From: Chloroflexota bacterium
GTDB lineage: Bacteria > Chloroflexota > Anaerolineae > Anaerolineales > Villigracilaceae
Assembly: GCA_043826315.1 (NCBI GenBank)
Contig: JBDRQK010000014.1
Location: 4,230-68,229, forward strand
DNA length: 64,000 bases
Reading direction: 5' to 3'
Shown: one piece after another, positions 30,010 through 39,453 of the stretch
Layout of the letters: every line of letters begins with the position of its first letter
How positions within the stretch are numbered: the first letter of the stretch is position 1
Made by a program: the position numbers and the translations under genes
The notes under the pieces: generated by a model
The model's database searches: none
What the model saw: only the letters and a program-made list of their open reading frames with translations
Told to the model about the DNA's origin: nothing

Positions 30010-31306
30010 TCAATACCAATCACGTATTGTAAAACCCGAGGAAGCTGTCAAGGCGATTGTCTCGGGAAACCGGTTATTCCTGACAGGAAATGTATCTGTT
30101 CCTCAAACAATTCTAGCTGCATTAGTAAAATACGCCCCGAATTTACATGATGTTGAAATTTGCCAGGCATTAACCACCGGGTCAGCAGATTACGTTTCAA
30201 CTGATATGGAAGGCCATCTAAGAGTAAATACATTCTTTATTAGTGCCAATATTCGAAAAGCAGTTCATGATGGGAGAGCTGATTTTACACCGGTATTATT
30301 ATCTGAATTTCCTCTCTTATTTAAACGCGGTATTTTACCGATTGATGTTGCATTGATACATGTCTCTCCACCAGATGAGCATGGATTTTGTAGCTTGGGG
30401 GTAGAAGTTGGGCTCACAAAATCACCAGCTGAATCTGCAAAAATAATTATTGCCGAGGTAAACGAGAAAATGCCGCGGACTTTGGGAGATTCTTTTCTCC
30501 ATGTTAGTAGATTAAACTATATTGTTCCAGTTGATTATCCAATTCCAGAAATGCCTATGAGTGAAGATGGACCATCTGAAGTAATTGATAAGATCGCAGG
30601 AATTATCGTTGAAATGATTCCGGATGGGGCAACTATGCAGATGGGAATTGGTGCGATCCCTGATGCAGTATTAAAATACCTGTACCAGAAAAAAGATCTT
30701 GGAGTTCACTCTGAGTTATTTTCAGATGGTGTGATCGGATTGGTGGAAGCAGGAGTAATAACTAACGCGCGTAAAACACTTCATCCAGGAAAAATAGTAG
30801 CTGGTTTTGTCTTGGGAACAACTAAACTTTACAATTGGATAGATGATAATCCTCTAATAGAACTTCATAGAACAGAATATGTCAACGATCCCTTTATTAT
30901 TTCGCAAAACGACCAAATGGTTGCTATTAATTCTGCCATTGAAGTTGACCTCACAGGCCAGGTTTGCGCAGACAGCATAGGACCAAAGCTCTACAGTGGA
31001 GTTGGAGGTCAGATGGATTTCATATATGGAGCTTCGCGATCCAAAGGTGGTGTCCCAATTATTGCTTTGCCAAGTGAAACAGTATTGCGAGACGGAACCC
31101 GAGTCAGTCGGATTGCTTCCATGCTTAAACAAGGGGCAGGGGTTGTTACATCCCGCAATCATGTAAGGTATATTGTTACAGAATATGGAGTAGCTGATCT
31201 ATATGGAAAATCAATTCGACAACGTGCATTGTCTCTCATCAATATCGCTCATCCAGATTTTAGAACTGATCTTGAAAAGGAAGCTGGAGTGCTGAACTAT
31301 ATTTAA
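29996..31306 (+). CDS. Acetyl-CoA hydrolase/transferase family (4-hydroxybutyrate/succinyl-CoA:acetate CoA-transferase-like)
   Basis: 436 aa; LQMGIGAIPDA-like MQMGIGAIPDAV, HSELFSDG, and GVGGQMDF motifs. GTG start with a 14-nt overlap with the previous gene. Confidence 0.85.
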   Translation: MDWNSQYQSRIVKPEEAVKAIVSGNRLFLTGNVSVPQTILAALVKYAPNLHDVEICQALTTGSADYVSTDMEGHLRVNTFFISANIRKAVHDGRADFTPVLLSEFPLLFKRGILPIDVALIHVSPPDEHGFCSLGVEVGLTKSPAESAKIIIAEVNEKMPRTLGDSFLHVSRLNYIVPVDYPIPEMPMSEDGPSEVIDKIAGIIVEMIPDGATMQMGIGAIPDAVLKYLYQKKDLGVHSELFSDGVIGLVEAGVITNARKTLHPGKIVAGFVLGTTKLYNWIDDNPLIELHRTEYVNDPFIISQNDQMVAINSAIEVDLTGQVCADSIGPKLYSGVGGQMDFIYGASRSKGGVPIIALPSETVLRDGTRVSRIASMLKQGAGVVTSRNHVRYIVTEYGVADLYGKSIRQRALSLINIAHPDFRTDLEKEAGVLNYI

Positions 31307-31326
31307 TGTTGGGTTTCAAGGTATTA

Positions 31327-32754
31327 ATGCGTAAATGTAAAATTGTTGCCACAATTGGTCCTGCTTCTCAAGATTACACTTCACTTGAGAAATTAATTAT
31401 TGCGGGTATGAATGTGGTTCGATTGAATTTTTCACATGGTTCACAAAAAGAACACCAGGCTGTAATAATTAATACTAGAAAAATATCCGAAAAATTAGGT
31501 TCTCCTGTAGGTATTCTTCAAGATCTACAAGGACCGAAACTGCGCATAGGCAACTTAAATTCTCCCATTTTTCTTGAAAGTAACCAATACGTGACTTTGG
31601 TGCCTCAGAAGTATTTTATGGAAGAAAATGGCAAAGAAATCCCAGTGGATATTCCAGAGTTATATCTAATAGTAAATGTAGGGGATAACATATTGATGAA
31701 TGATGGCAGAATTAAGCTTGAAGTTATAAAATCATCAGACAAAGCAATAACTACGAAAGTAAAGGATGGAGGACACCTATTCTCCCAACAAGGTATCAAT
31801 TTGCCAGGTATTAATCTGGGTATTCCTGCTGTAACAAAAAAAGATGTGGCTGATCTTGCCTTTGGGTTATCAATGGGAGTTGACGCAATAGCAATATCAT
31901 TTGTAAGAAATGCAGAAGACGTTATTCGTGTCCGTCAAATCATTAAAAAAATATCGAAAAACCAGAATCCATTATTGATCGCCAAATTGGAAAAACCTGA
32001 AGCGTTGGCGAATCTGGAAGAAATTATTGATGTATCTGATGGGGTAATGGTGGCTAGGGGGGATTTAGGGGTGGAGATGGATCTTGAAGATGTACCGGTA
32101 GCGCAAAAAAAAATCATCAGAACTGCCAATAATATGAACAAATTGGTGATTACCGCAACCCAGATGCTGGAGTCGATGATTAATGAATCAAACCCGACTC
32201 GAGCTGAAGCCTCGGATGTCGCAAATGCAATATTCGATGGATCAGATATGGTCATGTTATCAGGGGAAACCGCCATTGGCAATTATCCGGTAGAAACCGT
32301 CTCCATAATGGATCGTATCATTCGTCAATCAGAAGAAGCCTATCAGGAATGGGGGTATCAACAGGAAAATCAAAATTCAGAGATTAATGAAGGAATTGCT
32401 ATTGTGGAGGCAGCTCGTGAATTGGCTCTTGCAAAAGATGTCGCAGCTATTGCCGTTTTTACACGCTCCGGTCAGACTGCTAATCTTATGGCAAAGATGA
32501 GACCTCTTGTGCCAATTGTTGCCTTCACGCCAGAGGAAAAAATTTATCAGCGACTTTCATTATTGTGGGGTGTCCTTCCACAAAAAGTACCATTGGTTAG
32601 AAATGTGGAGGGAATGATCAGATGTGTAGAAATCGAATTAATTGCATCTGGATTGGTTTTACCTGGGCAGCAAGTCGTAATGATATTTGGATATCCGGTA
32701 GGTTCAAAAGTTTCCCCAAATATGATTTTGTTGCATAAAATAGATAATAAATAA
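31327..32754 (+). CDS. pyk: Pyruvate kinase
   Basis: MRKCKIVATIGPAS, NFSHG, MVARGDLGVE, and TQMLESM motifs. ATG 31327 is preferred to the ORF-track 31306. Confidence 0.9.
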   Translation: MRKCKIVATIGPASQDYTSLEKLIIAGMNVVRLNFSHGSQKEHQAVIINTRKISEKLGSPVGILQDLQGPKLRIGNLNSPIFLESNQYVTLVPQKYFMEENGKEIPVDIPELYLIVNVGDNILMNDGRIKLEVIKSSDKAITTKVKDGGHLFSQQGINLPGINLGIPAVTKKDVADLAFGLSMGVDAIAISFVRNAEDVIRVRQIIKKISKNQNPLLIAKLEKPEALANLEEIIDVSDGVMVARGDLGVEMDLEDVPVAQKKIIRTANNMNKLVITATQMLESMINESNPTRAEASDVANAIFDGSDMVMLSGETAIGNYPVETVSIMDRIIRQSEEAYQEWGYQQENQNSEINEGIAIVEAARELALAKDVAAIAVFTRSGQTANLMAKMRPLVPIVAFTPEEKIYQRLSLLWGVLPQKVPLVRNVEGMIRCVEIELIASGLVLPGQQVVMIFGYPVGSKVSPNMILLHKIDNK

Positions 32755-32772
32755 CAATAAAGAAGCAATTCA

Positions 32773-32807
32773 AGAAACAAAGGCGAGTAATCCTTGCCTT
32801 TGTTTCT
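32773..32807. terminator. Bidirectional terminator between convergent pyk and korB
   Basis: 12-bp perfect stem AGAAACAAAGGC / GCCTTTGTTTCT with an 11-nt loop. Confidence 0.6.
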
Positions 32808-32819
32808 GATAGAAATAGT

Positions 32820-33857
32820 TTACAACATATTTGCATTAATTTGATTAAGCGTCTCTGGAGAAGGGCGAAGGTCTTTTTCTATTAATCTATTTAATGGAGT
32901 AGCAGGCAGATTGTGCAGTTCAGTTAATGATGGTCTATCGCATTCAATAAAAATTAACCCTGTTACAAGCCAATTGTTCTGTTGCGATTCTTCGAGCATG
33001 TGGAGAGCTTGCCACCTGTCTGTCGGATCGTAATCTTTTTCAAGTTTCTTTAGTACGATCATATTTCCGTCATGCAGGCATACTTCAGTTACAGTTCCTG
33101 GTAAAAAATCGTCTTCCAGCATAATTTCGTCAAGTATTGGAACAAATGATATTTCGTGTAGCGGTGCTTCATGGTCTTTTCCCCAGGTATAAGAATGGAA
33201 AGCATTTACCTGGTTATTAAAAGTAACACAAGGGCTGATAATGTCTAAAATAGCAACACCGTTGTGATTTAGAGCTGCTTTGATAAGCTCTTTTACTTGT
33301 TTGGCATCACCGGCAAAGGAACGTGCCACAAATGTGGCGTTTGAAATGATCGCCTCCATGCAAACATCTACTGGCATGTATGGATTCGTCCCTTGATGCT
33401 TAAGGTTTAATCCAACTTCAGCAGTTGCAGAAAATTGCCCTTTTGTTAAGCCATAAACACCATTATTCTCAACAATATAGACCATGGGAGTATTTCTCCG
33501 CATCATGTGTTTGAATCCACTCATTCCTATCGAGGCAGTATCTCCATCCCCCGAAATTCCTAGAGATTTCAAACTCGTATCAGCAAAAATTGCTCCTGAA
33601 ACAAGGGGAGCCATTCGTCCATGGAGGCTATTAAAACCAAAGGAGCGGTTCAGAAAATAAGCAGGACTCTTGCTGGAACAGCCAATACCACTAAATTTTA
33701 ATATCTCTTCAGGTACGAGCCCTAATTCATAACAGGCTGAAATGATTTGATTGGAGATTGAGTTATGACCACACCCTTGGCACAAACTGGATGGGAGACC
33801 TTTGTAATCATTTTTAGTTAAACCAATATGGTTTGTATTTGATATGTTTGTAACCAT
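32820..33857 (-). CDS. korB: 2-oxoacid:ferredoxin oxidoreductase beta subunit (TPP-binding)
   Basis: CQGCGH, GDGD...IG and VENNGVYGLTKGQ motifs. I chose ATG 33857 (MVTNISN), 1 nt after the korA stop; the ORF-track start 33920 overlaps korA. Confidence 0.9.
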   Translation of the reverse strand: MVTNISNTNHIGLTKNDYKGLPSSLCQGCGHNSISNQIISACYELGLVPEEILKFSGIGCSSKSPAYFLNRSFGFNSLHGRMAPLVSGAIFADTSLKSLGISGDGDTASIGMSGFKHMMRRNTPMVYIVENNGVYGLTKGQFSATAEVGLNLKHQGTNPYMPVDVCMEAIISNATFVARSFAGDAKQVKELIKAALNHNGVAILDIISPCVTFNNQVNAFHSYTWGKDHEAPLHEISFVPILDEIMLEDDFLPGTVTEVCLHDGNMIVLKKLEKDYDPTDRWQALHMLEESQQNNWLVTGLIFIECDRPSLTELHNLPATPLNRLIEKDLRPSPETLNQINANML

Positions 33858-33858
33858 G

Positions 33859-35655
33859 TTAATTAGCCTCCATTCCTTGAATCCTGTCATGTACCCAGCG
33901 AGCAGATAATGATAAGCCATTATCCAGGCAGATTGAACGGAATTTTAATGCTTGATCTGGCATTTCAATGGTTATTAATTGGTTCATTTGGCCATCATGA
34001 TTTGTTTCAACGATATAAACTCTTTCATGTGTATGAACAAAATCGGCAACTTCATCAGTGAAAGGCAGTGCTCTTATTCGAAGATAATCACTTGATAATC
34101 CGTCCTGTTTTAAAATTGAGCGCGCCTCGTAAACAGCAGGTTCATTCGATCCAAAAGTAATGATTCCGATGTTGGAATTTTCCGATGCATCAAGGATTGG
34201 CTTCGGGACGATTGAGCGGGCTGTCTTGTATTTAAGCCTCAATCTATCCATATTGGTTACCCAAACATCTGGATCTTCACTGTAAACAGCCTTCTCATCG
34301 TGGCCGGTACCACGCGAAAAATAACCAGCCTTGGGGTGTCGATTCCCAGCCACAGTTCTGTAGGGAATTCCATCTCCATCAACATCACGATACCGCTGCC
34401 AATCTTTATGACCGTTTTCCAAATCTGCTTCCCATAAAACCTTTCCGCGATCCAAAGGTTTATCAGGATATTTAAAGGCATCTGTCATCCATTGATTCAT
34501 CCCGAGATCAAGATCGCTAAGTACAAATATAGGAGTTTGAAGATGTTCAGCCAGATCTAATGCTGTACCACCGAATTCGAAACATTCATTAACTGAACCG
34601 GGTAATAGAATTACATGCTGGGTATCACCATGCCCCATAAAATATGTAAAGGTCAAATCGCCTTGTGATGTTCGAGTTGGCAATCCTGTACTTGGTCCAA
34701 TTCGTTGAACATCCCAAACAACAATTGGAACTTCCGCAAAATACGCCAATCCGGCATATTCTGTCATCAGGCTCAAGCCGGGTCCGGATGTGGAAGTCAT
34801 AGAACGCAAACCTGCCCAACCTGCGCCTACTGCCATACCAATTGCAGATAATTCATCTTCTGCCTGCACAACAGCATAAGTATGTTCACCCTCAGCGTTT
34901 TTCCTAAGTTTGGGAAGATATTCATTCAGGGATTCTGCCAGACTTGAAGCAGGGGTGATGGGATACCAGGCTGCAAATTGGATGCCTCCATAAATGGCAC
35001 CTAATGCCGCTGCAGTATTACCATCTGCCATGATCAACCCTTTGGTCTTATCCATGGGTTCAACCCAATATGGATCTGACTTATTAAGGTTTGTGGCAGC
35101 CCATTCAGCAGCAGCTTTTACCATTTTAATATTTGATTCGATAGGCTTGGGTTTGCCTTTAAAATGAAATTCAAGTGCTGATTGTATTTTTTCAATTTCA
35201 ATACCTAGAATATATGCCAAAATCCCAACATAAATCATGTTCGCAATATAATCACGTAACGCTGGGGATACATCAGCAGTTTTTATCAATTCCTTGATGG
35301 GCATTTTGTAAACAGAGATATCTGTGCGATTTACTGGGTAACTTATGTTGTCGGCATAAAAAAAGGCACCACCCGGTAGAACACCGGCAAGGTCCTTAAT
35401 AAAAGAAGCTTGATTCATGCAGATAACAATTTCGTGCTCATCACGGCGTGCTGTATAACCTTCTTTACTTACCCGGATGGTATACCACGTTGGCAAGCCT
35501 TGGATATTTGAAGGAAATAAATTTTTTCCAGAAACTGGTATTCCCATTTTAAATAAGGCGCGCAATAAAGTTGTATTAGCTGTTTGACTACCCGACCCAT
35601 TAACGGTGGCGATGGTGATTGAAAAATCATTGATAATCTTTCTTTGTTCTGGCAT
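33859..35655 (-). CDS. korA: 2-oxoacid:ferredoxin oxidoreductase alpha subunit with fused gamma-type N-domain
   Basis: 598 aa. The N-terminal VNGSGSQTANTTLLRALFKMG is gamma-like. This is followed by an alpha-type GNTAAALGAIYGG...YPITPAS. Two-subunit KorAB architecture. Confidence 0.9.
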   Translation of the reverse strand: MPEQRKIINDFSITIATVNGSGSQTANTTLLRALFKMGIPVSGKNLFPSNIQGLPTWYTIRVSKEGYTARRDEHEIVICMNQASFIKDLAGVLPGGAFFYADNISYPVNRTDISVYKMPIKELIKTADVSPALRDYIANMIYVGILAYILGIEIEKIQSALEFHFKGKPKPIESNIKMVKAAAEWAATNLNKSDPYWVEPMDKTKGLIMADGNTAAALGAIYGGIQFAAWYPITPASSLAESLNEYLPKLRKNAEGEHTYAVVQAEDELSAIGMAVGAGWAGLRSMTSTSGPGLSLMTEYAGLAYFAEVPIVVWDVQRIGPSTGLPTRTSQGDLTFTYFMGHGDTQHVILLPGSVNECFEFGGTALDLAEHLQTPIFVLSDLDLGMNQWMTDAFKYPDKPLDRGKVLWEADLENGHKDWQRYRDVDGDGIPYRTVAGNRHPKAGYFSRGTGHDEKAVYSEDPDVWVTNMDRLRLKYKTARSIVPKPILDASENSNIGIITFGSNEPAVYEARSILKQDGLSSDYLRIRALPFTDEVADFVHTHERVYIVETNHDGQMNQLITIEMPDQALKFRSICLDNGLSLSARWVHDRIQGMEAN

Positions 35656-35693
35656 AAAAAACTCCTTCTTCCTTTTGAAAGGAAGATACTTAA

Positions 35694-36386
35694 TTAAGTA
35701 TTAACAAGATCTTTTGGTCGGTGGTAAAGCAGATCCGTGTGATCCAGAAGCAAACGATACCCCAAGTCAAAATCTTTGGTGCAAATCGCTCCTACTATTA
35801 GACGATGGAATTGCCAGACTTCTTGAAGATAGGTTAAACCTGTATATACATTTAATCCAATGGATTCATATGCATCCCAATAAACATCCAATAATCCATA
35901 TACAAATTCGTTATTTAGCCTTTTATAAATAGTTAAATGTAAATCACGATGTTCAGCATGAGGAATTTGAATGGGGTCGCCGTTGAGTTTATTAGTAGCG
36001 CGATCGATCAAAGAGGTCAGATAGGCAAGGTCATCATCAGTAAGTTTGGCAACTGCTTCGTACCAGTAGGCTTCTTCGATATGCTTGCGGAGATCGGCGA
36101 ATTCTTCGAAGTGGGAGATATCGTTCTCCAGGGCATAGGCTAAACTTAGGCGAACGGCAGGTGAAAATCTATACGGTAATTTCTGAATCCCTTTTCTTGG
36201 ACGGACATCAACCAAGCCGAGAGCTCTGGCAACTTCCAACTGCTCTCGAAGGCTGGCGACACTAAGGTTAAGTGTTTCGCTAAGCTGGGAGAGAGGTGGC
36301 AAACTCAGAGAACCTTCTCGGTCATGATTTGCCAGGAATTTGGCAAATTTGGATAATGGGTCAAATGGTTTAATATCTTGTGTCAT
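35694..36386 (-). CDS. GntR-family transcriptional regulator (FadR/FCD subfamily)
   Basis: 230 aa with an N-terminal wHTH (LPPLSQLSETLNLSVASLREQLEVARALGLVDVRPRKG) and an all-helical C-terminal domain. Confidence 0.85.
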   Translation of the reverse strand: MTQDIKPFDPLSKFAKFLANHDREGSLSLPPLSQLSETLNLSVASLREQLEVARALGLVDVRPRKGIQKLPYRFSPAVRLSLAYALENDISHFEEFADLRKHIEEAYWYEAVAKLTDDDLAYLTSLIDRATNKLNGDPIQIPHAEHRDLHLTIYKRLNNEFVYGLLDVYWDAYESIGLNVYTGLTYLQEVWQFHRLIVGAICTKDFDLGYRLLLDHTDLLYHRPKDLVNT

Positions 36387-36528
36387 AGAAATCTAAATTA
36401 ATCTGATTAATCTATTTTACCATTTATAATATATCAGTCAAGGATAATCAATAAGAAATCAATAAAAAATTTTCACATTAACTAAATAGAGGATTTCTTC
36501 AAGCTTTCAATAGTTCTAAGCTATTATT

Positions 36529-36539
36529 TGGTCTGACTA
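36529..36539. promoter_or_regulatory. Candidate GntR/FadR-type operator TGGTCTGACTA
   Basis: Near-palindrome matching the TGGTC-N-GACCA style core of FadR-subfamily boxes, located 143 bp upstream of the GntR start. Confidence 0.3.
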
Positions 36540-36568
36540 AGATTCTTGTAATTATCAACAGAAAATAG

Positions 36569-37762
36569 CTACTTTAATGGGTTATTGAGAACATCCATGG
36601 CAGTAGCAGTCATTATTGCGACAGCTTGAGGTAAAGCCTGCTCATCAAAATCAAAGAGGGGGTGGTGGTGGCTTGCGTCGAGGTTTTTATCGCTATTTGC
36701 AGATCCGATAAAGAAGAAACAGCCTGGTACTAATTCCATTAGGAATGCCATGTCTTCTGATCCCATTGTAATGTAATTCTTATTATCCACTTCGGATGTT
36801 GGGTATAAGGTTTGCGCGATCTTTCTGATTCGATCCGAAATTCCAGAATTATTGATTACTGCTGGAGTGAGTCGATTCAATTCTATTTCTGCCTGGCATC
36901 CCATGGTTTCTGCCAATCCATACACAATCACCTCAAAACGTTCAAGTACCTTTTCGCGGATATCCAGGTCAAAAGTTCGGATAGTGCCAGCTAGTAGCAC
37001 TTCTTGTGGAATTACATTAAAAGCTTCACCACCATTTATTGTACAAACACTCACAACTGCAGATTTTAAAGGTGGAATATTACGAGAAGTAATGCTTTGC
37101 AGAGCGGTAATAATTTGTGCAGAAGCCAGAATAGGATCAATAGCCAGATGTGGCGCGGCTCCATGGCCACCTTTACCTCGGATTTTAATTTTAAATATTT
37201 CTGCTCCTGCCATGGAAGAACCCTGGGAGACTCCAATCCAACCAACAGGTTTTTCGTTCCAAAGATGTAATGCAAGGGTCACATCTGGAATAGGATTTTT
37301 CAGAACACCATCGATGAGCATACGCTCTGCTCCACCTAGACCTTCTTCAGCAGGTTGAAAAACGAATTTTACTGTACCAGGTATTTCACCTCTATTGGCG
37401 TGTAAAATTTTTGCTACTGAAAGTAAAATTGCTGAATGCCCATCGTGACCACAAGCATGCATAACTCCAGGGACGATGGATGCATATTCTGCGTTGGTCT
37501 CTTCTTGTATGGGCAAAGCATCCATATCTGCTCGAATAAGTACGACCGGTCCAGGTTTTTCACCTTCTAAAAGAGCAACAACTCCCGTTTCTGCAACTCC
37601 TGTAAATACTTTCAGACCGAGATTAGTTAATTCACGAGCGATTATTTCTGATGTACGTTTTTCACAAAATCCTAATTCCGGGTGCTGATGGAAATCTCTT
37701 CGCATCGATTGTGTATATGGAAATAGCTCTTGAGCTTCTTTAATGTAATCGATCATTTTCAT
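36569..37762 (-). CDS. M20-family amidohydrolase (N-acyl-amino acid amidohydrolase/hippuricase type)
   Basis: 397 aa. HQHPELGF, RADMDALP, HACGHDGH, and FQPAEEG motifs. Confidence 0.85.
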   Translation of the reverse strand: MKMIDYIKEAQELFPYTQSMRRDFHQHPELGFCEKRTSEIIARELTNLGLKVFTGVAETGVVALLEGEKPGPVVLIRADMDALPIQEETNAEYASIVPGVMHACGHDGHSAILLSVAKILHANRGEIPGTVKFVFQPAEEGLGGAERMLIDGVLKNPIPDVTLALHLWNEKPVGWIGVSQGSSMAGAEIFKIKIRGKGGHGAAPHLAIDPILASAQIITALQSITSRNIPPLKSAVVSVCTINGGEAFNVIPQEVLLAGTIRTFDLDIREKVLERFEVIVYGLAETMGCQAEIELNRLTPAVINNSGISDRIRKIAQTLYPTSEVDNKNYITMGSEDMAFLMELVPGCFFFIGSANSDKNLDASHHHPLFDFDEQALPQAVAIMTATAMDVLNNPLK

Positions 37763-37777
37763 CTCCTGAAAAATGCA

Positions 37778-38524
37778 CTAATCCCATTTGATCAATCGGA
37801 AATTTTCCTCATAACGAGGATTAGTTTCAGTGCTTCCGCTAGTTCTCCAGTTTCGAATTCTCTCAATGAATTTAACAGGATCCCCAATTTGACTTTTGTG
37901 TTCTAATAATGCGTTCAATTTAATGTCCCAAGTATCTGTTACATCAATGGTAACATCAGGATTACTGGTTAGTGATATCCATACTTCTTTCGGAGAATGA
38001 GGTTCTAATCCTTCCTCCTTGAAAAGTTCGGGGAAAAAATGGATATTTCCAGCGGCGGGAAATACTGCATCCAAAACAACCTGACCGGCATAGCGATGGT
38101 CTGCATGATTTAACCTATAGGAACCGCTTGGGAATAAATTTGTTGGATCGCAAGTGACTAGAATATCTGGTTTTTCCTGCCGAATTACCCGAACGATACT
38201 ACGTCGCAATTCTATACTCGGAAGGATGTATCCATCTGGTAAATCGAGAAATTGGACTGAGGTTGCACCTATAACTGAAGCTGCTGCAAGTTGTTCATCA
38301 TGTCTGATCTTACATATCTGATCTGAGGATTTATCCAGATCATTCGATCCCTTGTCTCCGCAGGTTAGCAAACAATAATGAACTTCATGCCCCTGTTTTA
38401 CCCATCTTGCTAATGAAGCACCACAGAAAAACTCAGGATCATCAGGATGCGCAAGAATGACAAGGATTTTCTTATGATCAATCCAATTCCCCCATACTTG
38501 AGGATTCTGAGTCTTATTTACCAT
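37778..38524 (-). CDS. PIG-L/LmbE-family deacetylase
   Basis: AHPDDPEF zinc-binding motif and downstream HADH. I chose ATG 38524, which overlaps the upstream PSP1 gene (ends 38514) by 11 nt, rather than the ORF-track 38560, which would overlap it by 47 nt. Confidence 0.8.
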   Translation of the reverse strand: MVNKTQNPQVWGNWIDHKKILVILAHPDDPEFFCGASLARWVKQGHEVHYCLLTCGDKGSNDLDKSSDQICKIRHDEQLAAASVIGATSVQFLDLPDGYILPSIELRRSIVRVIRQEKPDILVTCDPTNLFPSGSYRLNHADHRYAGQVVLDAVFPAAGNIHFFPELFKEEGLEPHSPKEVWISLTSNPDVTIDVTDTWDIKLNALLEHKSQIGDPVKFIERIRNWRTSGSTETNPRYEENFRLIKWD

Positions 38525-39425
38525 CAGTGTTTGTCGTTTTCCCACAATCGCACTCACCATCTCCGTTTTGACAGGATTCCTGAGATTTTCGTCGAAGGGC
38601 TTCTAATTCATCCCATGGTTCTAATTCATCGCTTGGAAATTCTGTTTTACCAATTTCCGGTAAATCAACAACGACAAATTTTGTAATCAGATTTATATAA
38701 GAAACCTTGCCTTCGCCTTTTGGAGTTATTACTCGTTTGCCACGCTTGGGTAATTCTTTTCGTGCTGCCAGGTAATTTTCATATTCATAATAAAGGCAAC
38801 AACGTAATCGTCCACACATTCCCGTGATCTCTGCAGGTGTTAGAGAGATTCCTTGTTCTTTAGCCATCTTTATTGAAATTGGGCTGAAATCAGTTAGAAA
38901 TTTGGAGCAACAACGTTTCTCAAGTCCACAAGCCCCCATTCCACCAAGGATCTTGGCAACATCTCTCGGGCCTATTTGACGCATTTCAACTTGAGAACCC
39001 GGATACTGTTTTCCCATATCCTGGCGCAGAGATTTTAATTCAACCTTTTCCTCAGTTTCACAATTATACATAAAGGTAAGTCTTGAACCGTCATAATTAA
39101 ATTCAGCAGCAATTATTTTTACACCACGTAAGCGTAATTGTGCAGATCTTTCACGGCAATTAATTAAAGCTTCAACCTCCTTATTTTGCCAGGATTTTCG
39201 CAAAACCAGATCACGGGTAGTCGCACGCCTCTCTACTTGCTTCAAATTATTATCATTCGGATGAACTGAATTTTCCACCAAAAGTGTAACTTCACCGAGT
39301 TGATGCCCACGAGTTGTATCTACTATCACCCGATCTCCAACTTGAATACCTTCAACTTGGGACGCATCAAAATGATACACTTTGCCAATTTCTTGGAATC
39401 GAACTCCAACAATTATAGGTTCCAT
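38514..39425 (-). CDS. PSP1-domain protein (YaaT/RicT-like)
   Basis: 303 aa; GMCGRLRCCLYYE signature of the PSP1 C-terminal domain, plus a Cys-rich tail CQNGDGECDCG. Confidence 0.8.
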   Translation of the reverse strand: MEPIIVGVRFQEIGKVYHFDASQVEGIQVGDRVIVDTTRGHQLGEVTLLVENSVHPNDNNLKQVERRATTRDLVLRKSWQNKEVEALINCRERSAQLRLRGVKIIAAEFNYDGSRLTFMYNCETEEKVELKSLRQDMGKQYPGSQVEMRQIGPRDVAKILGGMGACGLEKRCCSKFLTDFSPISIKMAKEQGISLTPAEITGMCGRLRCCLYYEYENYLAARKELPKRGKRVITPKGEGKVSYINLITKFVVVDLPEIGKTEFPSDELEPWDELEALRRKSQESCQNGDGECDCGKTTNTDGK

Positions 39426-39453
39426 AAAAAGAATTATACCCTTGTAGAAGATA

